From Balamuthia mandrillaris (Eukaryota), in contig JAVKOQ020000102.1 of NCBI GenBank assembly GCA_031835245.2, forward strand, positions 124,001 through 173,876: DNA of 49,876 nt, written 5' to 3'. Below the pieces are notes generated by a model. That model was not told the DNA's origin and made no database searches. It saw only the letters and a list, made by a program, of their open reading frames with translations. The position numbers and the translations under genes were made by a program. Shown here piece by piece: positions 23,601 to 37,545 of the stretch; positions within the stretch are counted from its first letter, which is position 1, and every line of letters begins with the position of its first letter.

Positions 23601-24457
23601 TTGGAACAACTGCAACGGCCAGCAGTTGTTTCTCACTCAAATCTTTACGACCCTACTTCCTCTTTAGTTTTACTTGATTGTTTTTAATTTAAAGCAAGCG
23701 GTCTTTAATCTTTATAAACTTGGTAATATTGGGTGCATGCTCTTCTTGGTAATGGTAATGGACCGTATAAACGACTGTAGAAACGTCAAATTTGCCTCCG
23801 ACCGTATATCTGGCCGTTTATTTGAGCATTTTACCTAATATGGAGAAAGAAGGCGGATATCCGCCCGTATTTCCGCAAATTTGACCAGTAGAGTGGCGCA
23901 AGGCGTCTGCCATCGCTTTTCCTCCTGCTTCGCCCAAACGGTTCGCTACAGGTTCATAGCCTTGTTAATAAACGAAACATGTTTCTCTCTCCCCTACGCT
24001 TGTAACTCCTTGCGTTCTGGGTTACGTGCCATTAAGGTCCAACGCTGTGAGGGTGGTGTTGTGGCGCAACGCCTCAGCAATCGCTTTGCCCCCCTCTTCT
24101 CCAAGGTGGTTCGCTGAGAGAAACATAAGAAAGAGGTGAGAGCGGGTTCCACCATAAGCAAGAAACAGGATGTCATGTAAGAAGAAGTTTCATACTTGAA
24201 AGGTCCAACAAGGTGAGGGTGGTGTTGTTGCGCAAGGCCTCTGCCACTGCCGTTCCACCCGCTGGTCCCAACCTCCTCTCTGGCAGAAGAAGCATGAAGA
24301 GAGAGAGAGAGAGAGAGAGAGGAAGAAGTTAGTTCTGTTCGTTTCTCACGACAACAAACGCACTGTGCAAGTCCACTTGCGTAGCACCAGGCGGGATCAA
24401 CTCTTCCCAGCGGTGAGCCTTGGTGGCAGCAGCTCTGTCCGTAAACCAACCGAACAT
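10076..24457 (-). CDS. LRR - coiled coil - protein kinase - RING/Rcat (RBR-like) gene, copy 1, interrupted by the 10.35-kb transposon; probably inactivated
   Basis: Exons 24457-24364 (MFGWF..IPPGATQVDLH), 84-nt LRR exons 24279-24196 and 24113-24030, split LRR exon 23945-23894 + 13540-13509, coiled-coil exons ~13453-12482 and 12418-11985, last exon 11890-10076 with VLKEF, HRDVKPQN, DFD, YMAPE, RING CVVC..C..HFVCGGC..C..C and CPRC..FDGCFALTCSRC..FCAWC. One frameshift within the (GAA)n tract near 13283. Confidence 0.85.
13182..13347. repeat. (TTC)n/(GAA)n microsatellite encoding poly-Glu in the kinase-gene coiled-coil exon
   Basis: About 55 TTC units with rare interruptions. Confidence 0.95.
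13543..13735. repeat. Left TIR and subterminal repeats (AAATATACG/TTTATACG, about 7 copies)
   Basis: gaatatacgc, caaatatacggc, caaatatacgca, tttatacggc, caaatatacgga, caaatatacgtc, tttatacgac; motifs ggccgttta and atatccgcc shared with the right end. Confidence 0.8.
13914..15978 (-). CDS. Transposon-borne multi-exon ORF of unknown function (C-terminal part of the TET/JBP-like gene, or a separate TnpA-like accessory gene)
   Basis: Exons ~15978-15878, 15782-15361, 15301-14963, 14702-14541, 14457-14073 and a short terminal exon join in frame through GT-AG junctions (…GPSSSI|LGEGEST…NPKEK|GATQVQPK…LAPAL|LIVEAQ…NSLT|LSEQ…TGFQ). No family recognised. Confidence 0.55.
16090..16857. repeat. AAC/GAAC-rich low-complexity array with ~155-160-bp higher-order repeats, likely intronic
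   Basis: Block aacgcaaacagga..caaaccagaac..tgaacaagat..ttaacgc.aacaaaaacgccataac occurs three times (~16290, 16450, 16600). Confidence 0.85.
16858..17424 (-). CDS. TET/JBP-like 2OG-Fe(II) dioxygenase exon (189 aa); upstream exons extend toward ~19400
   Basis: In-frame exon with GHWRRSQQATSLCRGT, AAIFQKTFPLIFNHY and YPWACVAINFGGNEIIYHTDKNDCKNGFCFVLVFGDF (HxD at 16917-16909), matching the TET/JBP pattern PF..vaiN....HxDxxD..G....vfGdf. Candidate upstream exons 17783-17698, 18040-17895 and 18264-18100. Confidence 0.75.
17485..17622. repeat. (GCACCA)n hexamer microsatellite in an intron of the TET/JBP-like gene
   Basis: About 22 GCACCA units. Confidence 0.95.
18330..18672. repeat. 89-bp tandem repeat, about 3.8 copies, inside the transposon
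   Basis: Unit caaagagactatttatcccctgcacaacaacgctgaagcgattgttgcgcaaaaggccaccgtctctctgcatatgtcagctgatacaa starts at 18330 (94-bp variant), 18424, 18513 and 18602. Confidence 0.95.
18870..19140. repeat. 30-bp tandem repeat, about 9 degenerate copies, open on both strands (QRSPSEQRSP on -, ENAGESAVEG on +)
   Basis: Unit gagaacgctggggagagcgctgtcgagggt repeated; probably the Ser/Pro/Arg-rich N-terminus of the minus-strand gene. Confidence 0.8.
19575..23687 (+). pseudogene. CACTA/EnSpm-type (TnpD-like) transposase, multi-exon, long acidic N-terminus, in-frame stops
   Basis: Motifs in canonical order: VMLGLYFDDYD (~21393-21413), VITVIADLPAKA, WCVRC, HIVNDLMHNELQNG, KPKMHYLSHYPEDIQLWGSLRHLWCFPGERLNG (DUF4218-like). 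Frame continues through TAG 22113-22115 and TGA 22404-22406. Link to the acidic exon 19575-20781 is uncertain. Confidence 0.85.
23755..23893. repeat. Right subterminal repeats and TIR
   Basis: ccgtataaacg, ccgtatatc, ccgtatttcc (reverse complements of the left-end motif), ending atttgaCCAGTAGAG. Confidence 0.8.
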
Positions 24458-24708
24458 AATTTGGCGTTACTCTCCCGTTCTGTTTTAACCTCAAAGGCAA
24501 AACAACAACAAAGAAAAGCAGAGACCTCCTTCTTGGCCTGAAAGGCAAACAAAGGTGTAACAGCCATGGGTTGCAACACTACCGGTGCCCCATGGCAAAA
24601 AAACGACCAAAGCCATCACGGAGGACACCAGCATGCCCTCACGGTCTTCATACAAAGGCTGTTGGTTGGACGTCACATCCCACAGATAGTGGGATTTTGT
24701 TGACAGAA

Positions 24709-24780
24709 AGGCGCGTGGCCAAATGGAAAGGCGTCTGCCTACGGAGCAGAAGATTGTGGGTTCGATCCCCACCGTGCCTG
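24709..24780 (+). tRNA. tRNA-Arg (anticodon ACG)
   Basis: Acceptor stem AGGCGCG/CGTGCCT, anticodon arm TCTGC-CT ACG GA-GCAGA, T arm GTGGG-TTCGATC-CCCAC, downstream T-run Pol III terminator. Confidence 0.96.
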
Positions 24781-24886
24781 ATTTCTTTTTTTCTTTTTTT
24801 GTGCATAATACTGTGCACAACAACTTCACCAAAGGATGCCATTTGCTGGACAGATCTTGTGCGTAAGAAGCGAAGCCGAACGGAAG

Positions 24887-24981
24887 ATGGGAAGGACGCC
24901 ACCGCGGCTGGTGTGCGTTACCGGCGCCTCTGGCTTCATCGCCGGTCACATCGTGGCCCAACTCTTGGAACAAGGTTTCTT

Positions 24982-25019
<38 letters not shown>

Positions 25020-26636
25020 TTCTCTTTAGAGGCACTTATTTATTTTTTATTTCCCAAAGGCTTTCGCGTGAGAGGAACCATCCGCAAAGCGAGTTCTGAT
25101 GAACGCCAAAAGCTTGGTTTCCTGGAGGAGCTGAAGGAGAGCTTCTCCAACCGCTCGGCTGCTTCGTTGGAGCTGGTGGAAGCCGACCTGCTGGACCCTG
25201 CCAGCCTCCAGCGGGCCATCGACGGCTGCACTCACGTCGTCCACACGGCCTCTCCCTCCACTCACACCGCCAAAGACCCCCAACGGGACATCGTTGAGCC
25301 CATTCTAAGGGGCACCAAAGCCGTTTTGACCGCTTGTGCAAGAGCTAGCTCTGTCCAGGTTTCCTCCACTTTCCACTGCTTTTATGCTTCTCTGCCGCTT
25401 TGCTTCTCTCTCTTCTCTCATTCTTTTCTTGTTCCTTCGTTCGTTCGTTCTCTTAATTCTCTCATTCTCTCGTTCGCTCTTCTCTTCTCTTCTCTTCATC
25501 GTTCTCTTCTCTTCATCGTTCTCTTCTCTTCGCTGCTCTTTGCTTCTCTTTATGTATCTTTTTCTTTTGTTTACTTTCACCATAGTTGTTAGTGTTGACT
25601 TCTTCCATTTCGGCTGTTCGCAACCGTGGAACAGAAGACAAAGTCTTTGATGAGTCCGACTGGAACGATGAAGCCACGCCCAACGAAGAGCCTTACAACT
25701 ATGCAAAGACTTTAGGAGAGAAGATGGCTTGGCAAATGGTGAAAAACTTGGAAGAAGAAGGAGAACAAGAAGGAGGAGAAAGCAGAAACAAGTTCAAGTT
25801 GGTGACGTTCTGTCCGACGTTGGTGGTTGGTCCTTTGTTGTCGGAGAGAATGGCAGTCAGTAATAGCGTACTCCTGACAATTGCCTCGGGGCAGTACCCT
25901 TTCTTGCCAAAAGTCTGTGAGAATTGGGTTGATGTTCGCGATGTTGCTAGGTATCATCTTTCTCTCTCTCTACCTTCCTCTTTCTCTTTCGTCGTTTCTC
26001 TTTCATCATTTCTCTTTTCTCTTTTCTCTTTTCTCTTTCTCTTCCACAAACAAACAGAGCACACGTGTTAGCCATTCAAAAGGAGAACATCGCCCAAAAC
26101 CAGAGATACATCCTCAGTGGTGGGATGCTATGGTTCCGCGAAGCCGCTGAGCTCATTTTAACTTGGACAACCCAACAACAGCACGCAGCGAAGAGCAACA
26201 CAAAGTTCAAACACGCCTCCAGTTGCATCACCACCAAAGAGATGGCCAACTTTTGGATGTATTTTGTCGCACTTATAGAACCAAGGGTCACCTGGAAATG
26301 GTGCAAGAACAAGCTGGGGGTAAAGACGATCGTGAAGTCGGACAAGGTGTGCAGAGAGTTGGGATTGGAGTACACTCCGTTGGAAAAGACGTTTGCGGAT
26401 GGATGTACCAGTTTCATGGAACGCGGTTTTCTAAAGTATGTGTTCTTTCTATCTTATTTCGTTTCGTTCTTCGTTACTTTCTGTCTTTGTCCTCTGTTTA
26501 ACTTTTGTGTTTATTTATTAGTTGGGAAGAAAGAGCCAAAAAACAGCAACAAAAGAAGAAGAAAGCAGCGATTCTCTTCTTCTTCCTTCTCTCCATCCTC
26601 CTCTCTCTACTCTTTGCTCTCTTCTTTTCCTCCTAA
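24887..26636 (+). CDS. NAD(P)-dependent epimerase/dehydratase (DFR/CCR/aldehyde reductase-like extended SDR) with C-terminal membrane anchor; 5 exons
   Basis: VCVTGASGFIAGHIV, VVHTASP, VLTSSISAV, YNYAKTLGEK (YxxxK), VDVRDVA; last exon ends AAILFFFLLSILLSLLFALFFSS*. Confidence 0.9.
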
Positions 26637-26661
26637 ATGTAAAGAAAAGAAAAGGATCCAC

Positions 26662-27632
26662 TTACGAGAACCAAATGTTAGCAAGTCGCTTTCTTCCTTG
26701 CACCGTCAACTCGTTATCCTCTCCAAGAACCGTAAACACTTTGAACAACAGTTGACGAGCGGCATCCTCCTTCCAATACTTGTTCCTCTTCAGGATCTCC
26801 AATAACTGTTCGATAGCTTCCTCCGGTCTTCCGCCAACGAGGTACAAGGACGCCAAGTCGTAACGATCCTGAAACAGAGCATCCAGCGTAGACGTGTCCT
26901 CTGCATTGTTGTTTGCGTTTATCTTTTGGAGGAGGGCGTCTTCTTTTTGTTTAAAGTCGGAAGAAGAGAGACCCGAGGGAAACTTGCTGCGAAACTCGAG
27001 TTGAATGTCTACAGCGGAAACGGCTTTCTTGATGAGGGGTTCGGAGAGGCGAGAGGAGAACTTGCGTTTGAGGTTTTCGGTTAGGTCTTTGGCTGCTTCC
27101 AGGTTGCCTTCTTCCAATGCACAACGAGCTTTTGTTTAAAGGTTTGTTAGTTTGAGTAAGAGAAAAATAGAGAACGAGAGAAATAAAGAAAGGAAGAGAG
27201 CGCGCCTGAAAGAAAAGCAAAAGCAAACCTAATCCAGCAAGAGCCACAGGAACAGTCTCCTCCACGTTTTCCTTCAAGACCTGCCCATAGGCCTCCGCCG
27301 CCCCCGTGATATCTCCCTCTCTCAGCCTCTGCTCCGCCTCCTCAAAGAGCTCCTCCGCTGAGGCCAAATGGTCCAACTCTCCGGCGATGCCTCCCACCCT
27401 GTCCACCCACTTTCTCAACTGATCGGCTGGGAGAACGCCCATAAAGCTGTCCACCAGCTTGCCTTGATAGAGAGCAAAGACGGTCGGGAGGTTGGTCACG
27501 CCGAGCTGTTGGGCCAGGGCTTGGTTGTGGTCGGTGTTGAGCTTGGCCAGGAGCACGCGGCCGTTGAGGCGTTTGACCTCTTGCTCTAAGGCAGGCGTCA
27601 AGGTCTTGCATGGCGTACACCAACTAGATGGA

Positions 27633-27674
<42 letters not shown>

Positions 27675-28587
27675 AGATGTTAGGGAGAAGGAAGGAGGGA
27701 GAGAGACAGAAGAAGAAGAAGAAGAAGAAGAACAAGAACAAGAAGAACAAGAAGAAGCAGAAGCGAAAGCAGAAGCAGAAGCAGAAGCAAAAGCAGAAGC
27801 AGAAGCAGAAGCAGAAGCAGAAGCAGAAGCAGAAGCAGAAGCAGAAGCAGAAGCGAAAGCAGAAGCAGCAGCAGAAGCAGAAGCAGAAGCAGAAGCAGAA
27901 GCAGAAGCAGAAGGGAAGCAGAAGCAGAAGCAGAAGCAAGCAGAAGCAGAAGCAGAAGCAGAAGCAGAAGCAGAAGCAGAAGCAGAAGCAGAAGCAGAAG
28001 CAGAAGCAGAAGCAGAAGCAGAAGCAGAACGAGAAGAAGGAGGAGAGAGAGAGAGCAGCGAGAAGAGGAAGGAAAAGGAAGACTTACTCAGCGTAGCAAT
28101 CAACTATGACGGGGACTTGAGCGGAGGGAATGAGAACCTGAGCTTGGAACTGCTCTTGCGACGCTTCAAAGATGAGAGTACGATTGCTGCTCGCTCCAGC
28201 TTTGGTGGCGGCGGCGGGCGGGCCTTCCTTTGGCGAGAGCTCAGCGGTGGGAGAGATCTCATCCTTTCTTCTTTGGCTGGTGACAAAGGTTCGTTTCGTG
28301 AAGAAAGAAGCAGACGAAGGTGAAGCCAAAGAGGGCAGGAGACGATTCGGTTGAAAGCGTCGTCGCAGCGTGGAGAAGGATTGGGGTTGATTGTGATGTG
28401 TTCGAAGGCCACAAGTGGAAGCAGAAGCGGAGCGCGAGAGGAGAGGGGTTGTCGTGGCGAGGCATCGCTTCGTGAGAGTGGCCGTTGCAGCGAGCCTGCA
28501 CGGACGAACCGAAGAGAAAGCAGAAGGGGCAGGAAGCATGCTGGTGAACAAGGGAAGCCGAGCGGAGGCACTGGTGCTGCTTTGCAT
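26662..28587 (-). CDS. YbbN/CnoX-like thioredoxin-TPR chaperedoxin with probable mitochondrial transit peptide; 3 exons
   Basis: Arg/Ser-rich N-terminus; VPVIVDCYA|xWCTPCKTLTPALE; LAKLNTD; C-terminal ARQLLFKVFTVLG...GRKRLANIWFS. Confidence 0.9.
27757..28029. repeat. (GCAGAA)n intronic hexamer microsatellite
   Basis: About 45 units inside the first intron of the thioredoxin-TPR gene. Confidence 0.95.
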
Positions 28588-28841
28588 CGAACGAAAGCAA
28601 AACTTTTTTTTTTGCTTTGTCCACAAAAAAGTTTCCCAAACCAACGTCACGTTTACTTAAAATAGTAAACGATGACGTATTTGATCGTGATCTCCGCCAA
28701 CTTTCAGAAAACACGTCATACAATACTCAAGAAAGAATACGATGACGTAACACACAAATATTTATTTACTTTTTTCTTTTTTATTTCTATTATTTTTATT
28801 TTAAGTTTTTGTTGTATGTACAAAGCCGTGCTTGGGCCCAC

Positions 28842-29927
28842 TCAGGAAGGTTGGCGTTGATGCAGGAGTGCTTGTCTGAACTTTTGTAGGTCCTGCAAAG
28901 ATCTCTCGCAATACGACCAGTCAACGTGGATCGTTTTTATGTGCAGCCTTAACTATAATACCCATATAGAATACCAAGAGAATGTGTGTTGAAAGAAGAA
29001 GAAAATAAAACTACGCAATGGCTTATCATTACTTACCGATGGTGTCCGTCTTAAAGCTACGAGGTGGCAGTAATGTGCTCCGTAGAAATACATGAAGCAC
29101 TGTGCTTGTAGCGTTAAGCAGTCCTTCGCATCATTCTTCCGTGGCAGAGTGCTGCCGCTCTCTGCCACCAAAACGATGCCTTCTATATCCCCGTTGAACG
29201 GGTTCTGGAGGAACAAGTCTGGCGAGCCGTCCAACCAGTCGTACCCTTCCTTAACTCGCAGAGCCGTTGATAGCCTTTGTAAAAAAAAAACTTGTTGAAC
29301 AAGAAAGACAACACACAAAGAAAGAGAGACAAAACGAGTTACGCTGTAACGCCTAGCTCTCTGCACTCAGATAAAAAGGCAACTTGGGCCAGCTTCCTCG
29401 CAGCCGAGCGGTGCACCGGAGAGGAGGTTCTCCTCCCGTCGGACAGCTCTCTCCACAGCTGCCTGCTGGGCTTGGCGGCATCGAACCCGATGGCTGCACC
29501 CCATTCGGCTGGCGTGAGCTTGATGGAACGGAGCTTGTGGTATCGGAGCTCTTTTGGTTCCGTGTTTGGTGTGAGACCTGATAAGAAGATTACAGAAGCA
29601 GAAGATGGGAAAGAAGAAAAACTGAAAAAGAGAAGGTGGGGGGAGGAAAGAACGCTGACGCATCATACCTCTTTTGAAAACAGGTGCTGCTATCAACACC
29701 AGCACCAGAGCAGGCAATAATAATAACCACCAGCCCCACGACAGCGTGAGCCCTGCTCTCCTGGTTGCCCCCTTGATCAGCCCTTCAATTTCCTCAATGC
29801 CATGCCATCCTCCCCCTCTTCTTCCTCCTCTTCCTTTATCCCCACCAAAGCCCTCAACCACACCATCGTAGTGAGCTGAAGCCATGAGCCAACAAAGCAA
29901 CAGCAGCAGCGGTCTCACCCATGCCAT
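28842..29927 (-). CDS. Signal peptide + TM + YqaJ/lambda-exonuclease-like domain with degenerate catalytic motif; 4 exons
   Basis: Spliced product has YHKLRSIKLTPAEWGAAIGF, TALRVKEGYDWLDGSPD, IVLVAESG, LQAQCFMYFYGAHYCHLV and IHVDWSYCERSLQDLQKF, the order and spacing of YqaJ motifs; all junctions in frame. Confidence 0.7.
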
Positions 29928-31216
29928 CCTGCTCTCCTTCCTTCTTTTCGTTGTTTCGCCTGTTATAAGCAACGCATAATTATAACTGCATTACCAAAAA
30001 GAAAGGGAGTCCGTTGTGGTTGGTTAGCCTCCCCACCACGTGGGTGGTGCTCCTGGTTTTCTTGGGTTGTTCCAGTCGGTTTCTCTCAAGTTTTTCATCC
30101 GCCAACCACTCTTGGTTATCAGAACACAAACTTGTTCTACAAGGTATATAATGCTTGGCATAAATGTTGGTCCTCTTCCTCCCCTTGTGTTTTTGCTCTG
30201 TTCTGAAGCTTCTACATAACACCTCCTCTCCTTGTGTTTTTGCTCTGTGCAACTCCGCTTCGGATTCTCCTGCACTCACGCACATCCAAATGATGGCGGA
30301 GGCCGCGTTCTCATCCTTCAGTTGACATCACCACTGGTGAAGATGGAGCAGCACCAGTCGCACGCAAAGAGGGAACTCGGGGACGTTGTGGATGATTGCG
30401 GCGAGACGCGCAGAGGTGAGCAGGGCTTGATTTGCTTGCAGAGCCTTCGCTCACCTCCACATCATAAATTCGTTCCTTTCCTTTCTTATTCTTCCTCTTC
30501 CTTTTCTTCTTCAGTCTTTCTCTTTATCCTGTTTCCTTCTGTTGTGCAGAGGCTTGGAGGTTGCAATGCTGGACAGGTCTCTAGGCTTTCATCGATCGTC
30601 ACTTAGGCTGAACACCGGGACGAGCACAGCCTCCGGTTCCTGTTGAGCTTCACCCTGTTGCCTCTCTGCTTTGCGGTGGCGAGGCCCGAGATAATACGCA
30701 GCCTTGCGACACACCAACAACGGTGTCGTTTCGTTCTTGTTCTTTCTTCTCATGCAAGTACGTTGAACTTCTTGGTCTACAGTTTCTTTCTCTTGGGTGC
30801 CGGACCGGTAGGGTGGCTTGCGAGCGGGACAGCAAAACGTCAGCATTCCTCGCAGCAACCATACAAGGCAACGTTCTTCCTAAAACACAAAATGCACGTA
30901 ACGGGCTCATATAGCTGATGTACTCCATAGTAACCAATAGGAACATTATTATTGCATTTAATATACGGGCAGCATTGCTCCTATTGGCGGGCTGCTGTTA
31001 CGTAACGTTTTACGTTATACAAAAGCAACCGGAGCACGCTTTTTTCGCCAGCGGTCACTGGACACCGGGCTGGCTGGTTACGAAAACCAAGGCCAACTGA
31101 ACGTTGTTTTTCGGAGCTCTTTTTCAAACGGCCTAACAGAACAGAACACAACAACAGCTTACTTGTTTGTACTACAACAATTACCTTACTGTACTTTTTT
31201 TTGTATTGTAACAACA

Positions 31217-32866
31217 ATGGGCAAAGCCAGCTTTCTCTTTGCCTCACTGCTCCTCCTTGTGGTGTTCGGCAACTGCGTCTCTGCTCACCGCGCCAAGGTG
31301 GAGGACATTCGCCGCAACTACGACTTCATCGTCTTGGGCGGAGGCACCGCCGGCTGCGCCGTGGCCGCTCGCCTGGCTGAGAACCCCCACCACTCCGTTC
31401 TCTTGGTGGAGCGCGGAGAGGATGAGAGCGGAGACCCCACTGTGGTCGTGCCGACTGTCAACAGCGTCATCCCTGCTGTACCCACCGAGCTGCTCCCTGT
31501 GGAGCACTTCCACACCATCGAGACCTTGCTGGCCAGGCAGAGCACTCCCACGGTGGTGCCCCGCGCTCTTGGAGGAGGTCCTGCCGTCTCTGGCTCTTTC
31601 TGGGGCAGAGGAGGTCCTCAGCTTTACAACGAATGGGCAGAGCTGGTGGGAGACGATTCCCTTCGCTACGAAGCACTGTTGCCGTTCTTCAAGAAGAGCG
31701 AGCGTGTAAAGCCCGAGGACAGCTCCTCCCCTGACCGCGGAAGGGATGGACCCATCGATATTGTCATTCTGGACCCCAATGACACTGCCGTCGCTCCATT
31801 CGCTGCCAAGCAAGCTGAAATCTTTGGCGTAGAGCAAGGCGTGGACTATGCTACCTCAGAGCGCCAAGTGGGTATCTGGCCCATGCAACGTTCTTTGACC
31901 TGGGACGTTTGTGACGGTACCTCTGGCCCTTGCCAACGTCAAAGCACTTACACCGAGTACATCCAAAAGGGACCTTCTCGCCCCAACTTGGACGTGCTCC
32001 CCAAGACCACCGCCCTCAACCTCATCTATGGAAGGAGCAGGCAAGGAGAGAACGCCAAGGTGGTGGGTGCTCGCGTGCTGGTGGATGGGACCACCCTGCT
32101 GGAGATCAGGGCCAAGAAGGAAGTCATCGTCAGCTTGGGTCCTGTCAACTCCCCCAAGTTCTTGATGCTCTCCGGCATCGGTGATCCCTCCGCCCTGACC
32201 CCTCACGGCATCGAGCCCGTGGTCTCTCTTCCTGGCGTCGGCCAGAACCTCCAGGACCATGCCGTCATGAGCTTCGCCTACGTCGTGCCCTCTGCCCCTG
32301 CTCTGCCCGCCCCTAGCTCCGTCCGTGTGACCTTCTTGTCTTCCGGATACAACGGCGACCATGTTGATATCGAGGTGGCCTGGGGCCTTCTCCCTAACAA
32401 ACTGCTGGTGGGCTACATAGTCCAGCTTCGTGGAGCGCAAGTGGGAGAGATCAAGCTGCGCACCTCCGAGCCGACTGACCGCGTGGACATGAAGCTCAAC
32501 TTGGATGTGGACAACCTGGATCCCATGATCTGGGCCTTCAGGAAGGTGAGGGAATGGATGGCCTCTTTCGAGGCCTTCGAGGCCTCTCCTGGCTCTGCCA
32601 TTCCCCAGGGAGCCACGGATGCTCAGTTCCGCACCTGGTTGAGCTCCAACGTTGGAGCGTGGTACCACATGGCCGGAACCTGCAAGATGGGCGCCAACAC
32701 TGACGATCAGGCGGTAGTGGACTCGAGGTTCCGCGTGTTCGGTGTGGACAACCTGAGAGTGGTGGATTGCTCCGTCATGCCCGTCGTGGTGCCCACCCAC
32801 CCCTCTGGCACTGCCACCATGCTTGCCGAACGTTGTGCTGCTTTGATCAAGGAAGATCACCCCTAA
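31217..32866 (+). CDS. Secreted GMC (glucose-methanol-choline) oxidoreductase, intronless
   Basis: Signal peptide, YDFIVLGGGTAG, ALGGG, SPKFLMLSGIG, LPGVGQNLQDH, WYHMAGTCKMG, VFGVDNLRVVDCSVMP. Confidence 0.95.
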   Translation: MGKASFLFASLLLLVVFGNCVSAHRAKVEDIRRNYDFIVLGGGTAGCAVAARLAENPHHSVLLVERGEDESGDPTVVVPTVNSVIPAVPTELLPVEHFHTIETLLARQSTPTVVPRALGGGPAVSGSFWGRGGPQLYNEWAELVGDDSLRYEALLPFFKKSERVKPEDSSSPDRGRDGPIDIVILDPNDTAVAPFAAKQAEIFGVEQGVDYATSERQVGIWPMQRSLTWDVCDGTSGPCQRQSTYTEYIQKGPSRPNLDVLPKTTALNLIYGRSRQGENAKVVGARVLVDGTTLLEIRAKKEVIVSLGPVNSPKFLMLSGIGDPSALTPHGIEPVVSLPGVGQNLQDHAVMSFAYVVPSAPALPAPSSVRVTFLSSGYNGDHVDIEVAWGLLPNKLLVGYIVQLRGAQVGEIKLRTSEPTDRVDMKLNLDVDNLDPMIWAFRKVREWMASFEAFEASPGSAIPQGATDAQFRTWLSSNVGAWYHMAGTCKMGANTDDQAVVDSRFRVFGVDNLRVVDCSVMPVVVPTHPSGTATMLAERCAALIKEDHP

Positions 32867-33137
32867 AGTAGACACCTTCGAAAAAGAGTTTTGTTTTTTT
32901 GTTTTGTGCACAAAGTTTAAAAATAGACTGCGTATACCTTGTTTTTTTTCTCCCGCTTTTTCACTCTTTTCCACTGGGCCAGCACGCTTTCTTCTTCCGT
33001 CCTTCTTTCTTCTTTCCTTCTGTCTACAAAAATTACAGTTTTATTTAGATCTGTACAGTAAATTTCAAAGCCAATCACAAATCAAAAACTTAAGACTTAA
33101 GAGATCGTGTCGACAAAAATAGTACCGCTTGCTCCTT

Positions 33138-37545
<4,408 letters not shown>

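Larger units (their letters stand above)
13543..23893 (+). mobile_element. CACTA/EnSpm (CMC superfamily)-like DNA transposon, 10,351 bp, carrying a transposase and a TET/JBP-like gene
   Basis: TIR CTCTACTGG (13543-13551) / CCAGTAGAG (23885-23893), extendable to 13 of 15 nt; 2-bp TG duplication at 13541-13542 and 23894-23895; subterminal TATACG/CGTATA repeats; removal restores an 84-nt in-frame LRR exon; internal CACTA-type transposase motifs. Confidence 0.92.

Noticed and set aside
24709..24780. tRNA as the integration target of the transposon
   Set aside because: The element ends about 815 bp away inside an LRR exon with a 2-bp TSD; no att-like duplication of tRNA sequence.
27598..28323. 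Poly-EA, poly-KQ, poly-AS and poly-FC ORFs
   Set aside because: Artefacts of the intronic (GCAGAA)n tract in the thioredoxin-TPR gene.
30232..30950. Possible small spliced gene between the YqaJ-like and GMC genes
   Set aside because: Splice-like sites are present, but I could not build a consistent frame or recognise any motif.
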